DNA of 64,000 nucleotides from the human T2T-CHM13v2.0 reference genome, Homo sapiens. The translations under genes and the position numbers were made by a program. The stretch lies in NCBI RefSeq assembly GCF_009914755.1, contig NC_060942.1; one strand, 5' to 3'. Numbering within the stretch: the first letter of the stretch is position 1; every line of letters starts with the position of its first letter. The notes under the pieces are model-generated. The model was given only the letters and a program-made list of their open reading frames with translations. It did no database searches and was not told where the DNA came from. Shown in pieces: positions 45,580-59,007 of this stretch.

Positions 45580-46590
45580 TAGCATTGAATTATAAACTTT
45601 AGGACTCCATGTCAATAATAAATATATAAGGAAGGGTTATTGCTTACAGTACAATGCTACAACTGATGGGTGATTGTGGAGGGAGTGCTACAGTTCCACT
45701 TTGCAACAATTACAGTGAAGACTGGGTTATGTCAGGACCATTAATGGATGCAAAATCTAGGGAGTAATTGTGATGGGGAGGTAGATAGCTATATAGTCTT
45801 AAAGTGTCTTTCTGCAAACTATACCAGTGGTAATAGAGAAAACCAAACTGCAATTATATAGCAGAGAAACCAGGCCACACCTTGACCAACCAATGGCACC
45901 GATGAAGGGCAGTTGACACTATGAGCCGTTATCTGTGATATCCTGAGAAGGACCCATCATCTGTGTACCATTCTGGCCAAGAATGAATAGTCTCAATCTA
46001 GTTATAAAGAAATATCATAAAAGCCAACTGCTTAATGTTCTATTAGTAAAAAGGTGGGATTGAGAGTATATTTGTCAAAAATGTCAATGTCATGAAAGGA
46101 AAGGTTTCTGATTTAAAGGAGGCTAATGAATCCTCACAGCTAAAAGCAATGTCTCACTCTAAACTGAATTCTGTGTTGGAGGGAACAATTATGCTATAAC
46201 ATACTTTATCAGGTGAACTCACAAACTGAAATCTGGATGGAAGATTAGATCAAAACATCATATCAATATAAATTTATGAGGCTGATAATTGTATTGTGGC
46301 TATGTAAGTGAAGATCCTTAATCACTGGAATGTTTTGGAGTAAAGAATCATAATATATGCAATTTTCTCTCACGTTCTTCCAGAAAATAATTATGCATGT
46401 GTTTGTACTACACATAGAAAGATGGATAGATGAGGGAGTGATGGGGAAGAGAGAGAAAAGAGCAAATGACAAAGCAAATGGGTGAATAAATAATAGGGGA
46501 ATCTGTGTATAGGTATTTGGGTGTCATTTGTATTATTTTTATTTTCAACAATTTTTCAAGTTTGGAATTAAACTATTTAATTTGAAATTT
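45580..46590 (+). mobile_element. L1MC3-5/L1ME-type 3'UTR remnant
   Basis: gcagagaaaccaggccacaccttgaccaa, aaaatgtcaatgtcatgaaag, gataattgtattgtggctatgtaag. Confidence 0.65.
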
Positions 46591-49087
46591 TTAGGGTAAC
46601 CACAGTAACAGAAGTGGAATGACGGTTTCCACTAAGAGTCTTCAGACACAGTGAGGCTTGAGCTGGGTCACCAAGGAGACAAAGCAGGAAAAGGCTTGAC
46701 AGTTGTGACAATGGGCTGTGCTATTTGAAGTATGTGACACAGAATATAGCAGTCCCCTTGCTCTGAACTTCCCTTTCATTTGGTGCCCTTGACATCAAGA
46801 TGAAGAAGGCTCCAAAACGAGTTTAAACAGAGATTAAATGTGAAAACAAGGAGGCTGTACACTGATGTACCTCCATTAACAAATCAATAAAGAGTCCTCT
46901 CCTTTTTGATATCCCTGGAAGTTATGCTGTTATGCCTTGCTGAACATGAAAGATAAAATCAAACTTACATTGTATAAGAAGACAAAAATTCCCATCTGAT
47001 AATGCCTCTACACATATTGCAAAGGATGTAACATGTGTTAGAGAATTCTTTTTTCAATCACTGAAACATAATCCAGTTTTTAAAAACAGTATGTTTTAGA
47101 TGTCTCATTCACCACATACTAATATCAACTATTAATATGTGCCTGCCTTGGTCGCTTACATTTTAGAAGATTTTTTTCCAGTTTTATTTTATAAAATATA
47201 GGAAAAATATCACTAACACTAGAGAAGCATAACAAACTAAAATGTACACTCTTGGATAACTCAAGGATATTTTTAAACATGCTACCACTATGTTTTGAAT
47301 CCACTAGAAACACAGATTTTTGTACATGGCCTCATTTTTCTGTTTAACAAAATGTCTATTCTACAATCCTGTTTAAGAGGAAAAACCTAACAGGAAGGTT
47401 GATCCGATAGTCAACAGCTCACTTCAGAAAGCCAATAATAATTAGTCTACCAAAAAATATGGATGAAAACACTTAGTGATTTGTGGTCTTTTAAAAATAA
47501 TTAATTATAAATTGTTGAGACACCTGGCTTCTTTTTTAAAAAATCCTCGTGCTGCTTTCAACTGAGCACTTAACGCTATAAAAATTAAATATTTAATGTC
47601 TATTTTATTTGTAGTATTACAGCTGGAATCCATTTTGCAAACATGTTTGTTTCACCAGTCATGCATACAGATAGAGCTTTACTATTTTCAGGTGTCTGCG
47701 CTCTCTGGTTCCTGCCTCTCAGCAGCATTTTGCTGTGGGCCTGCCCTGGCATGTTCCACCCTACAACTGATTCCTCTAGGTAATTTCCAAGCATTAGAAT
47801 TTGCAAAACCATCAACGCCCCATATTGTGGCCTTTCTAATAGCATTCTTCATTCATTAAATATTCTGGGTTGTTAACTATGATACACATAGTTATAGACA
47901 ATAATCTGTACCAGGAGGAAACCCTCAACTGCAGAACTTCAACCCCTAGAAAGCGTAGACAAATATGTTAAGAGTAACCTATGTTATAAATAGTTTGCTG
48001 TCTCCTGAACACTCAGTGTATTAGAGACAAGGCCTCTTGATTGAGATAGAAATAGACCCTCAAAATGGGACTTAGAGAAAGTGTCTATCACTAGAAATTA
48101 CTTTGCCCCCATTGTAATAATTCCAGGAGACCCCAGGGAAGATATGTGATGGTGCAACCAGCTTTGGAATATTCCACTTACAATTTGGAATTCTATCTCC
48201 AGTTTTGTACTTTTTGAGCAACAGCCAGGAGTGATGGAAAGGTGAGGGGGTGTCCCATTTTGAACTTAGACTTCTGCAGGGTTTTAGATGTATTACATGT
48301 AAGTGGAAAGAGATAACATATACATATACACACAAACACACACACACATACATATATACATACAATGATACAATGTCAAGTTTACTTAGCAAAGTTTGAA
48401 GAACTTTTGAAAATGGAGGCTACACAGGCAGGACTTAACGCAGCACGTCTCAGTATGACTGTCCTAATGGGACAAATTTCAGGGAACATCTCAGTACACA
48501 TAAGGATCTTCCAGAGCTAAGGAAATCACCAAACTGTTGTTACACAGCAGAACTTTTATACCTACTGTTTATATTTACATCCTAAGTGGCCAACGCTCCC
48601 AATATATGCATTTCCTTTTGAGGGTATGTTAATGTGTATAAGGCTCTAATGGTTCTTGACCCAATTTAACCATTCACAAAGTCACAACCTTATCTGGGAG
48701 GAGAAATTAGAGTCTGCTTTCGGGTGTCTTTGACTTCAGTTTGCCCAGGACCCAGAATCCATTTTCCAACAAGACACTCCCTGATTCTTAGATTTGTTTC
48801 TGAGTGTGTTCTAAAGACTATAATCATTAAACTTTCCCACTTTTAAGTAGGCTTTTGCTGAAGCTTATACAAAAAGAGCAGGGTCCAAACATTCTAATGC
48901 CATTACTTAACTGCTCGTTACTACTGCTTAAAACATGTATGCATTTAGACTGCTGAGAAGACATAGCTCTCTTGACCTCTCGCTATATAAAATGTATAAA
49001 AAAGTTCTCTCTAACAAATACTAAGCCTGGCTTAATTTTGGGTAGTGAAAAACTGATTTTTTAAAAAACCTAGGAGAGCTCTCTTGA

Positions 49088-49208
49088 AGTTCTTTATGTA
49101 GTTTAAATAGCTGGTTAATATCAGTTAGTTCTTTATGTAGTTTAAATAGCTGGTTAATATCAGTTAGTTCTTTATGTAGTTTAAATAGCTGGTTAATATC
49201 AGTTAGTT
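49088..49208. repeat. Minisatellite: 3 perfect 39-bp units
   Basis: (agttctttatgtagtttaaatagctggttaatatcagtt)x3 plus agtt; units start 49088, 49127, 49166. Confidence 0.97.
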
Positions 49209-49819
49209 TGTACCATTACTAAAAATTTTCAGAAGAAAACCCACCCCTTTTACAGCAGCACTTATGATTAATTTAAGACAAAATTAATAATTTTAGCACT
49301 ACTCTTCTCAAAAAGTCAAAACCATTATAATGATATTTCTTGGCAAGTTTGAGTTTTTCCTCTATGCCAAACATAGTACTGACAGTTTTTTTTCCCCCAC
49401 AGGTTGAAAAACAAATGATGACATTTTAAGATGTTGAAAGTGGTTGTCTTTGAAGGTGGTTCTTAAAATTATTTCTGTACCAGGACATTTTAAGAAGTTA
49501 ATCACATTTATAAATCCTTCATTTTCTCAAAATTCACTATCTGGAATAATTTATTAAAAAAAAACCTCAAAATTTTCAAAGATCTCCAGAGGGCCACATA
49601 TATCTTGAGTCTACACGGAGTCCCAGTTAAGGGCCTTGCTGTTGTCCAGTTTTTGATAACGTGTGGAACAGAGTCATGGACTTGGCTTTCAAGACTACCC
49701 ATCTACTTTAGGGACAACGTAAATAAATTCTTCACATGCTCTCCCTATGCCTCTGTTCTCTCATACATAAAAGGAAGATAATGTAAGTACTTTCCCCAGT
49801 GTGAGAATTATTCTTTCAA

Positions 49820-50337
49820 CCAATATTTGCTGCATGACTAATGTGTGATGGTCATTGCTCGGGTAGGGAGATAAAAGAGTGAACAAGATAAACAGAGCCT
49901 TCATTGAATTTATAGCGTAGTAAGGAAGATGAGCAGTAAACACATAAAACAATAAAAAATTAATTCCATTTAGGTAGGTACTATTAATATGAAGGGACAC
50001 ACCACATGCCATGAGAAACTATAGCAAAGGTCTGAAAGATGAGTCAGTGCATTTTTATTACCTAGGTAAAGGAATCTGGGACAAGGGTGTTATGGACAGA
50101 TGAAAGACCAGATATTAAACACCATGAAGGTTAAACCTTCAAGGAACTAAAAAAAGTTCAATGTAGTTGTGATCTAAAAAGCAAAGTGAGACAGGGCTGT
50201 AGAGGAATGAAGGGGGTGATCACGCAGGCTACTATTCATCTTAAAGATATGGACTTTATCCTAAAAGCAATGGGGAATCATTATAATATGTTAGGCAGAG
50301 CAGTGACAAGACAGGATTGTGCTTTTTAAAATAAGAC
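49820..50337 (-). mobile_element. L2, split by L1MC; resumes about 53950-54180
   Basis: ggagataaaagagtgaacaagata...ggactttatcctaaaagcaatggggaatcatt...gcagagcagtgacaagacaggatt. Confidence 0.7.
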
Positions 50338-50873
50338 TGAAGAGACAATCTCAATAAGCCTGTAGTTAGTAAAGAAATTAAATCAGTAATTAATAACCCC
50401 AAAACACAAAAAGCACCAGGCCCAGAATAATTTACTGGCAAATTCTATCAAACATTTAGAGAAGAAATAATACCAGTTCTCTATAATGTCTTCCAGAAGA
50501 TAGAAGCAGAGGAAATATTTCATAACTCTTTCTATGAGGCCAGCATTGCTCTAATACTAAAACCAAACAAAGACATTACAAGAAAAGAAAACTACAGGCC
50601 AATATTTATCATGAACGTAGAGGCAAAAATCTTCAACAAAATACTAGCAAATTAAATCCAGCAATACATTAGAAGAATTATACATTACGACCATGTCAGA
50701 TTTATCTCAGTTATGCAAGACTGGTTTAACATTCAAAAATCAATTCAATCTATCATATCAACAAGCTAAAGAAGAAAAATTACATGATCATATGAATAGC
50801 TGCAGAAAAAAAACCCTGGACAAACTCCAACGCCTATTCATGATAAAATCTCTCAGAAATTTGTGAATAGAAC

Positions 50874-51338
50874 CATGAAAGGAAAATAAATCTTGGGGCC
50901 CCAAATCACTAAGCTAAAGGGAAAAGTCAGGATAGGAACTGCTTAGGGCAAACCTGCCTCCCATTCTATTCAGTCACCCCTCTGCTCACTGAGATAAATG
51001 TGTATCTTATTGCCATCTTTGGAGAAGTTAATCAGAAACTGAAAAGAATGCAACCATTTTTCTCTTATCTACCTATGACCTGGAAGCCTCTCCCTGCTTC
51101 CAGTTGTCCTGCCTTTGCTTTGAGTTGTCCCGCCTTTCTGGACTGAACCAACGTTTATTTTACATATGTTGATTGATGTGTGATGTCTCCCTGAAATGTA
51201 TAAAACCAAAATGTGCTCTGACCACCTTGAGCACATGTCGTCAGGACCTCCTAAGGCTGTGTCACAGATGCACATCCTCAACCTTGGCAAAATAAACTTT
51301 CTAAATTAAATATTTGTCTCGGATATTCAGGGTTCACA
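50874..51338 (+). mobile_element. MER4A/MER4A1 solo LTR (ERV1)
   Basis: tgaaaggaaaataaatcttggggccccaaatcactaagctaaagggaaaagtca...accttggcaaaataaactttctaaatt...ggttcaca. Confidence 0.82.
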
Positions 51339-53013
51339 GAGGAAAGCTTTCTCAACATGATAAAGAACATCTACAAAAACTCTACAGCTAACATCATACA
51401 TAATGGTGAGAAATTAGAAGCTTTCCTTCTAAGATCAGAAACAACATAAGGATGTCCCCTCTCATCACGTCTTTTCAATATCATAGCAGAAGTCCTAGTT
51501 AATGTAATGACAAAAGAAAAGGAAATAAGAGGTATGCTGATTGAGAAAAAGAAATAAAACTGTCTCTCCTTGCTGATGTCATAACTGTCTGCACAGAACA
51601 TCCAAAAGAATAAAAAAAAATTCCTGGAACTAATAAGCAATTATAGCAAGATTGTAGAATACAAAATTAACATAAAAAAGTTAATTTTCTTTATACCAGC
51701 AACAAACAAGTGGAATTTGAAATTAAAATCACAATACCATTTACATTATCGCTCCCTCTAAAGTAAAATATTGTTATAAATCTAACAAAGTATGTGCAAG
51801 ATCTATATAAAGTAAACTACAAAACTCTGATGAAAGAAATCAAAGAACTAAATAAAGAAATAGTCCATGTTCATGAAAAGGAAGCCTCAATATTTTCAAG
51901 ATGTCAGTTTTTCCCAACTTGATAAACAGGTTCAAGAAAATCACAAACAAAATCCTAGCAAATTATTTTTTGGATATCCACAAAGTTGTTCTAAAGCAAA
52001 CAAGGAGAGAGGTAAAAGAATAGAATAGCTAATGTAATCCTGAACGAGAAGAACAAAGTTGAAAACCTGACACTACCTGACTAAAAGCTACAGTAATCAA
52101 GACAATGTGGTGTTAGTGGAAAAATAGACAAATAGATCCAAGGAACAGCATAGACAGCCCAGAAACAGACACACAGAAATATCAACTTATCTTTGACGAA
52201 GGAACAAAGACAATACAATGGACAAAATATAGTCTTTTCAACAAGTGATTCTGGAACGCACATACAAAAAACAAAATCTGGGGACACAGACTCATATCCT
52301 TCACAAAATTAACTCAAAAGAAATCAAAGTGCCAAATGTAAAATTCAAAACTATGAAACTCCTAGTAGATAACATAGGAGAAAATCTAGATGACTTTGGG
52401 TATGGCAATGATGTTTCGATACAACACCAAAGATGTATGCCATAGAATAAATATAGTCCTGACCTTAATGAAATAAACAACCTCTGCTTTGCAAAAGACA
52501 CTGTCAGGAGAATGAGGAGACAAGCCATAGACTAGGAGAAAACATTTGTAAAAGAATTATCTGATAAAAGACTGTTATCCAAAATACACAAAGAACTCTA
52601 AAAACAATAAGAAAACTAACAGCCTGATTTAAAAATGGGCAAAAAAAACTTGAACAGACATCTCATCAAAGAAGATATACATGTGGCAAATAACCATATG
52701 AGAAGTTGTTCCACATTATATGACATTAGTGATATGCAAATTAGAGCAACAGTGAATTACCACTACACACCTATAAGAACTGCTCAAATCCAAAACACTG
52801 ACAACACAAAATGCTGGTGAGGATGTAGAGCAACAGAAGTTCTCATCCATTGTTGGTGGGAATGCATAATGGTACAGCCACTTTGGAAGACAGTTTGGCA
52901 GTTTCTTACAAAAAAAACAAAAACAAACAAACAAAAAAAAGCATGATTTTCCTATACAATCCAGTGATCATACTCTTTGATATAAACCCAAATGGGTTGA
53001 AAAATTAAGTCCA

Positions 53014-53316
53014 GGCCAGGCGCGGTGGCTCACGCCTGTAATGCCAGCACTTTGGGAGGCCAAGGCAGGTGGATCACAAGGTCAGGAGTTCAACACCAGC
53101 CTGGCCAAGATGGTGAAACCCCACCTCTACTAAAAAATACAAAAAATTAGCCGGGTGTGGTGGCGGGTGCCTGTAATCCCAGCTACTTGGGAGGCTGAGG
53201 CAGAGAAGTGCTTGAACCCAGGAGGCGGAGGTTGCAGTGAGCTGAGACTGCGCCACTGCACTCTAGCCTGGGCCACGGAGTGAGACTCTGTCTCAAAAAT
53301 AAATAAATAAATAAAT
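53014..53316 (+). mobile_element. AluSg-type
   Basis: ggatcacaaggtcaggagttc, ggccaagatgg; TSD aaaaattaagtcca 53000-53013 / 53317-53330. Confidence 0.92.
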
Positions 53317-54279
53317 AAAAATTAAGTCCAAACAAAAACTTTCACAATATGGTTCTAGCATCTTTATTCATAATTGCCAACACTTGAAGGCAATCAAGTA
53401 GTTCCTCAGGAGGTGAACGGGTAAATAAACTGTGGTATATGCAGACAATGGAATATTATTCAGTGATAAAGAGAAATAAGCTATCCAACCATGAAAAGAC
53501 TTGGAAGAATCTTAAATGCATATTAGTAAGTAAAAGAAGCCAATCTGAGAAGACTACATATTGTGTGATTCCAACTATATGATGTTCAGGAAAAGGAAAA
53601 ATTATAGAGAGAGAAAAAAGATCAGTGGTCTCCAGGGATTGTGGGTAGGGACGGATGAACAAGAAGAACACAGGGGATTTTTTAGCAAAGTGAAACTATT
53701 CTGTATGACTCTTTAATGGTGGATACATGTTATTATATGTTTGTCCAAACCCATAGAATGTGCAACATCAAGAATCAAGCCTAATGTAAACTATAAACTT
53801 CGGGTGATAATAATGTGTTAGTGTAGGCTCATGGACTGTAACAATGTACCACCTGGTGTGGGATGTTGCTAATGGGGGAGGCCGTCCTTCCTGTCAACTT
53901 CACTGTGAACCTAAAACTGCTCCAAAAAATTAAGTCTACTTTTAAAAAAGAGCCTGGATGCAATGTGGCAAATTAATTGAAAAGAGGCAATAATGGATAT
54001 GGGAAGACTTGATGGAAGACCATTGTAGTTGTCCAAAACTGAGGTAGGGCAGTAGTAGAAAAGATGCATAGAAGTGGAGAAAATGGGGAAGTTTTAAAAA
54101 TAGATGACACAGATATGAGCAATTATTTGTATATGAAAAAGCTGGGCATTAATAATGACTCCGTTTCTACCTGGGAAAATCGGTAGAATCCGTATGTAGT
54201 ACGATGACTAACACCTAGCTCAATAACTATTATCTATTGCTTTGTATATTTATTGATAGAAAAAGTAGGAATCGTGGTC

Positions 54280-54495
54280 ATAGTAGTAATATTAATAGCA
54301 GCAGTGTCAGTGGCGCTAGTAGTAGCAGTAATGGTATTAGTAGTAGCAGCAGTAGTAGTGGTGGTTTTGGTAGTAGCAGTAATTGTAGTCGTAGTAGTAG
54401 TAGTAGCAGCAGTAGTGGTAGGAGCAGTAGTAGTAGTGGTGGTGGTGGTAATGGTAGTAGTGGTGGTGGTAGTGGTAGTAGAGGTGATAGTAATA
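54280..54495. repeat. Degenerate (TAG/TGG/CAG)n trinucleotide tract
   Basis: Direct reading; source of the poly-Val/Ser/Leu ORFs. Confidence 0.95.
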
Positions 54496-54734
54496 TGCTT
54501 CTGTTTATTCTGAAACTTGACATCAGATCAATAAGCTGAATTATCTCATTGCTAGAATTGACATCTGAGCAATAATCAAATGCCCCCAAAACTTTCCCAT
54601 TTTAGAAGCTATTGTGTACCTCAAACAAGTATAATACCATTAGCGAACAATTCATACAAAACAAAGAGCTCTCTAGTGAAATAAAAAATTGCATTTTGTG
54701 GCTTCAAGTGTAGAACAAGGATCAATAAATTGAA

Positions 54735-55050
54735 ATTTCATGGAGAAATTTCCATTAAGAATCATAACCATAATCACTCTATTCTAAAGAAATTTCCAAG
54801 GATGAAATGTGCTGCCTGGTAAGAAGTGAGTTCTCTGCCAGTGGGAAGTTTGATTGCAGACTCTTTTATCCCTTAGCCAGGGTACAATAGGGCTGGTTCC
54901 CAACTTGACAACTTAACAGAATAACTTGGGGAAGCTTTATAGAAATAGAGATGTCTGTATTCCATCCCTAACCCAGCATTTGAAGCCAGTGCTAGAGATT
55001 TAAGCATGAAGACTGTCAGTTAGATTAGATAATTTATGAGATCCCAGAGT
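54735..55050 (+). mobile_element. L3/CR1 3' remnant with a probable MER5-type insertion (about 54890-54995)
   Basis: gctgcctggtaagaagtgagttctctgccagtgggaagttt resembles the CR1 3' end; cagaataacttggggaagcttt resembles MER5. Confidence 0.5.
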
Positions 55051-55179
55051 TAATAAAAATTAATAATTTTCCTCTTTGCTAAATGATCAGTAAGACTTTA
55101 TGTGTCAGAATACACTTATATTTTCTTTTTCCAAAATTTTCCCTACTCACTGTTATCCTACATTTACTTCTTTCTTACA

Positions 55180-55320
55180 TTAATTTCCTTTCAAGTTTTT
55201 TCCACTGAACTGTAAATTCCTTGAGAAGTATAGCACCCTGGTCTAACTCATCTGCCATTTATCAAAGAATAATGTAATGTCTTTCACATACCAGTCACTC
55301 AATAAGCAGTTGTTAAATGC
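55180..55320 (+). mobile_element. L2 3' end
   Basis: ccactgaactgtaaattccttgag...cacataccagtcactcaataagcagttgttaaatg. Confidence 0.6.
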
Positions 55321-56562
55321 CAGACCTGGGGATGCTGCCTTGCACTATTGCAGTCATCTTTTTCCACCAGTGCACTAAATGGCTTCCTAGTAAACTAATT
55401 GAACCAAGGCATCTTCTGTTGTTTCTTAAGTCACAATCAGGGAATAATTTAGGAGAGAGACTTCCTAAGAACCATTTCTAGAGTTTACTTTGCTATAGAA
55501 ATAAGAAAAATACCATATCTTCTACTGTAATTGACAACTAATTTTATAGATTATACAAACAAAAGTATCAAATAACTAACTTATAGTCATATAACATGCA
55601 CAAATAACTAACTCATCATACTCATATAATTTATCCAGCTTAGACGGAGCCCACATGCCTCTTATACAACCACCTACAGATAACTCCAAAATTATCAATT
55701 ATCTGAAGCCTAGAAGGTTATACAGTTTTCAGAAAACAAATTATTATTTCTTAAATAATAAAAATATTAAAAACACGATGACCAAAATGGAATTCAGAAA
55801 ATTGCAAAACAATATCTTCAAAATGGAAATTTTTGCAATAGACAAATAAGCTGCTGTCATCAATATTGCTATGAATATACAGTAAGGCATGAATGTTTAA
55901 AGCAAATAAAATCAGAATATTTGGGTGAACTTCTATGGTAATTTTCTATGACTTCACTATGTGGATGACACCATACAGATATTTTCATTGCCATGAGGGT
56001 TACAATGATGGTTGGAGATAGAAGACGTCTGAATTCACGAACATACAATTCTAGCCAACAAATATCTTTTCAGTACTCTCCAGATATTAGTCAACTCTGA
56101 AATGTAATACGAGACATGGTCTTTCCTGAGAGGGAATTCTATTTCTGCTCCAATGATGCTTTAATTTTCAATCACCCTGCCTCCTATTACACTTATATTG
56201 TTTCTCTCCATTGTTCACTTCTCTCTCCTCTTCCATTTTCCCTCTATCAGGCTGTATTGGAGTAGAAGGTAGATTTAGTTGGGTGTGCACACCATGCTTA
56301 TATCATCTTATTCTTATGTACATCTTGCTTCACTATATTCAACATATACAGGGCTCTTACACCTTTTCTGGACAGAATCATAAGCTTCACAGATTCATCC
56401 TGTGCAACGAACAAACTGCAATGACTTGTACGTATTAAAAGTATAAATAAACAAATACATGTCATGGAGAACTATATTATCTCAGAATCATATTTATTCA
56501 CCTCATGCCATTTCCATTTTTAAGTAAAGAAGAAACAAAAAGCAAATCTATTCGAATTTTGA

Positions 56563-56613
56563 TTCAGCCTTCTGAGTCACTGGAATTACAGGCACAAGCC
56601 ACCACTCCCAGCT
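56563..56613 (-). mobile_element. Alu/FLAM fragment
   Basis: tcagccttctgagtcactggaattacaggcacaagccaccactcccagct. Confidence 0.7.
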
Positions 56614-57671
56614 GTTGATTGTCAGTTTTAATTCACTTCCTGTTACTTTTTTGTGGCATTGCCTTCTCTTTTCTATTATGCTCTGATTCCCTCTTGGATA
56701 CTGTGATGTCCAGAACAACAACACAGTAATGCCAAAACAAGTATTTTCAAAACAGGAATACTTAAGCTTCTAAGTAAGATCTTGTTGATAGAGCTGTTTT
56801 TGATTTGCTTATGGACGATCACATATTTCTCCTGGGAAATGTTCACTACGGGGAGAGTAAAGCTCTTGACCTGGAAGAATGTCTTGATCACTGCCTCCAG
56901 GGTAATCTGGCTTCATTTTGGAGACTAGGTCAAGATTTAGTGGTAAGTACAACTGATGACTGGTAGACTGCATCCTATCAGCAGTGAGTAAAATTTCTCT
57001 TCTTGGTTAGGGAGGTTCATTTCTAGGCTAATGCATGCTTCCTTCTAAATAGGAAAGTCAGGGGAGGCAAGCTTTTGGCTTGGTAGTGCTATATCGTGGT
57101 CAACATCATACTGTTGTACACTCCAGGCCTTCTTTCCAACTTTTGCTTGTTTTTGTGTTGACTTCGTGGAGATAGCCTTTTATTCTAGAAAAGTCCTGAA
57201 AAGTATATATTTCCATGACCAGGAAATTCAAAAGCCAAGGAGAGACAAGGATTTGGGAGGAGCACATGGTAGGGAAAGTATTGCTTCCCTGGAAAACTGA
57301 CCATGAGCTGAAGAAGCAATAACTACAGCAGGGCGGGAGTAATGGAGCTGTGGTTGGAGCGAGAGACGTAGTGGATGCTTGGGTTGTGAAGAATGCAAGA
57401 ATTCAAAGTGAAAGATGCAAGAATCCACTTTGCATGGAGAGTGATCTGTTATACATGTGGAGTACTCTGTTTTCTGTGATTCTGGATAACACTTGTCCTT
57501 CAATCAGTGCAAAAGTACCAGATTCACAGAGTTCAATGTTAAGTATTAAGTAAAATCATAAAAATGTATAGGAAAAGCTCTCAAAGGAAGGTTGGCTGTA
57601 CCTAAGGCACAAGTGCTAGAGATGACTCCTGAACAAATCTCTAAAAATTCCTAAAAGATAGAAGTGCTTAC

Positions 57672-57887
57672 CTGCTGGCCTTCAAAAGAAGAGGCAACTT
57701 CTCTCTATGGGACATTTCTCCAGCCAAGTTTTAGCTTTAAAAGCTGACTTTGGATGAAAGGCATATTTAACTGGCATTCTGGCAAAGATGAGCTCATCAA
57801 GTCTTTCTTTATTCCTCCAAATAATACTCTGGTGTGCTCTGTAGTTACCATCAGAATATGGATATACAATGTAAGACATATTGGCTT
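57672..57887 (-). other. Candidate 216-nt exon (stops in all three frames, so non-coding or 3'-coding if real)
   Basis: Minus strand: ctgat branch-like motif, gtttttccctcag acceptor, CAG|GTAAGC donor; no transcript evidence. Confidence 0.25.
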
Positions 57888-58289
57888 CTGAGGGAAAAAC
57901 TCACATGTGACACATATCAGAGTAGAAGGAAATTTGGGCTAAATTTTCTTCTCCTCTAATATGTGTCACTCATGCGACATATAAAGTGCTGCAGTTCTGG
58001 AACTTGATAGTATCTTTAATTTTTGCCTGTAGAATTACTGTTATATGATTTTTTTTGTCCTATTGCTTTTCTGAAATTTTAGGAAAATGGGAAAATAGAA
58101 AACATCTTGAGAAGTTGGAGCAGAAGATTCCTTCCTCCGGAGCTGCTCAAATAGACACATTCTAATGAGACTTCAGCATGAGAAAGCAGTGATTGAAAGA
58201 GAAAAGATGGAAAAATTAGAGTAAAGATATTTTGTATATATTTTGAGGTTTACACCAACATAATGTGTGTATGTATGCACGTATATATA

Positions 58290-59007
58290 TAACATATATA
58301 TGTACTATGAAGATATTTATTATAAAGAATTGGCTCATTCAAAAGACCAAAATATTATAGGTGCTATGATCTAAATATTTGTGTCCCCCTAAAATTCATA
58401 CATGAAACCTAATACCTAATCTGATAGTATTATCAAAATGGGGTCTTTGGGAGGGGATTAGGGAATGAAGTCTCTTCCCTTATGAATGGGATTAGTGTCC
58501 TTATAAAAGATACCCCAGGGAGTTAGCTATTCCTTTCCATCATGTGAGGACACAGTGAGAAGGCACCATCTATGAACCAGAGAGCAAATTCTCACCAGAT
58601 ACTGAATCCAATGATGACTTGCTCTTGGGACTTTCCAGCCTCTATAACTGTGAGAAATAGATTTGTGTTGTTTATAAGCCAGCCCGTTGTTCTAGCAGCC
58701 CAAACACACTCATAAGATTGAAGGGGTAAGCAAACTGGAAACTCAGAAAATAGTTGTGGTTCAAGTCCGAAGAAGTCATGCTGGAGACCAGGAAGAGCCA
58801 GTGTTGCCAAGGAAGTCTAAAGGTTGTCTGCAGGCATAATTCCCTCTTGCTTGGAGCAGGCCAGCCTTTGGTTCTATTCAGACCTTCAACTAATTAGATA
58901 GGCCCACCCACATTAGGGAGGGCCATCGGCTATACTCAAAGTCCACTAATTTAAATATTAATTTAATCTTAAAACACTCTCATAGAAGCACCTAGAACAA
59001 TGTTTGA
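58290..59007 (-). mobile_element. MLT2-type LTR split by MLT1A0
   Basis: gatatttattataaagaattggctca ... ttctattcagaccttcaactaattagataggcccacccacattagggaggg...cctagaacaatgtttga. Confidence 0.75.
58362..58711 (+). mobile_element. MLT1A/MLT1A0 LTR
   Basis: tgctatgatctaaatatttgtgtccccctaaaattcata...atgaatgggattagtgtccttataaaaga...; 5-bp TSD atagg/ataag. Confidence 0.82.

Larger units (their letters stand above)
50338..53948 (+). mobile_element. 5'-truncated L1MC1/2-type LINE (ORF2 RT region to 3'UTR), hosting an LTR and an Alu
   Basis: Continuous degraded ORF2 (aaagcaccaggcccaga, ttctatgaggccagcatt, YHYTPIRTAQIQNTDNTKCW) and L1MC 3'UTR ending gaacctaaaactgctc. Confidence 0.85.

Noticed and set aside
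49088-49208. CRISPR-like array
   Set aside because: Head-to-tail repeats without spacers in primate DNA
54237-54589. Poly-Ser/Gly, poly-Val and poly-Leu ORFs
   Set aside because: Artefacts of a degenerate trinucleotide repeat
56640-57550. Balanced-composition stretch with several short ORFs, possible processed pseudogene
   Set aside because: No recognisable protein similarity, poly(A) tail or TSD
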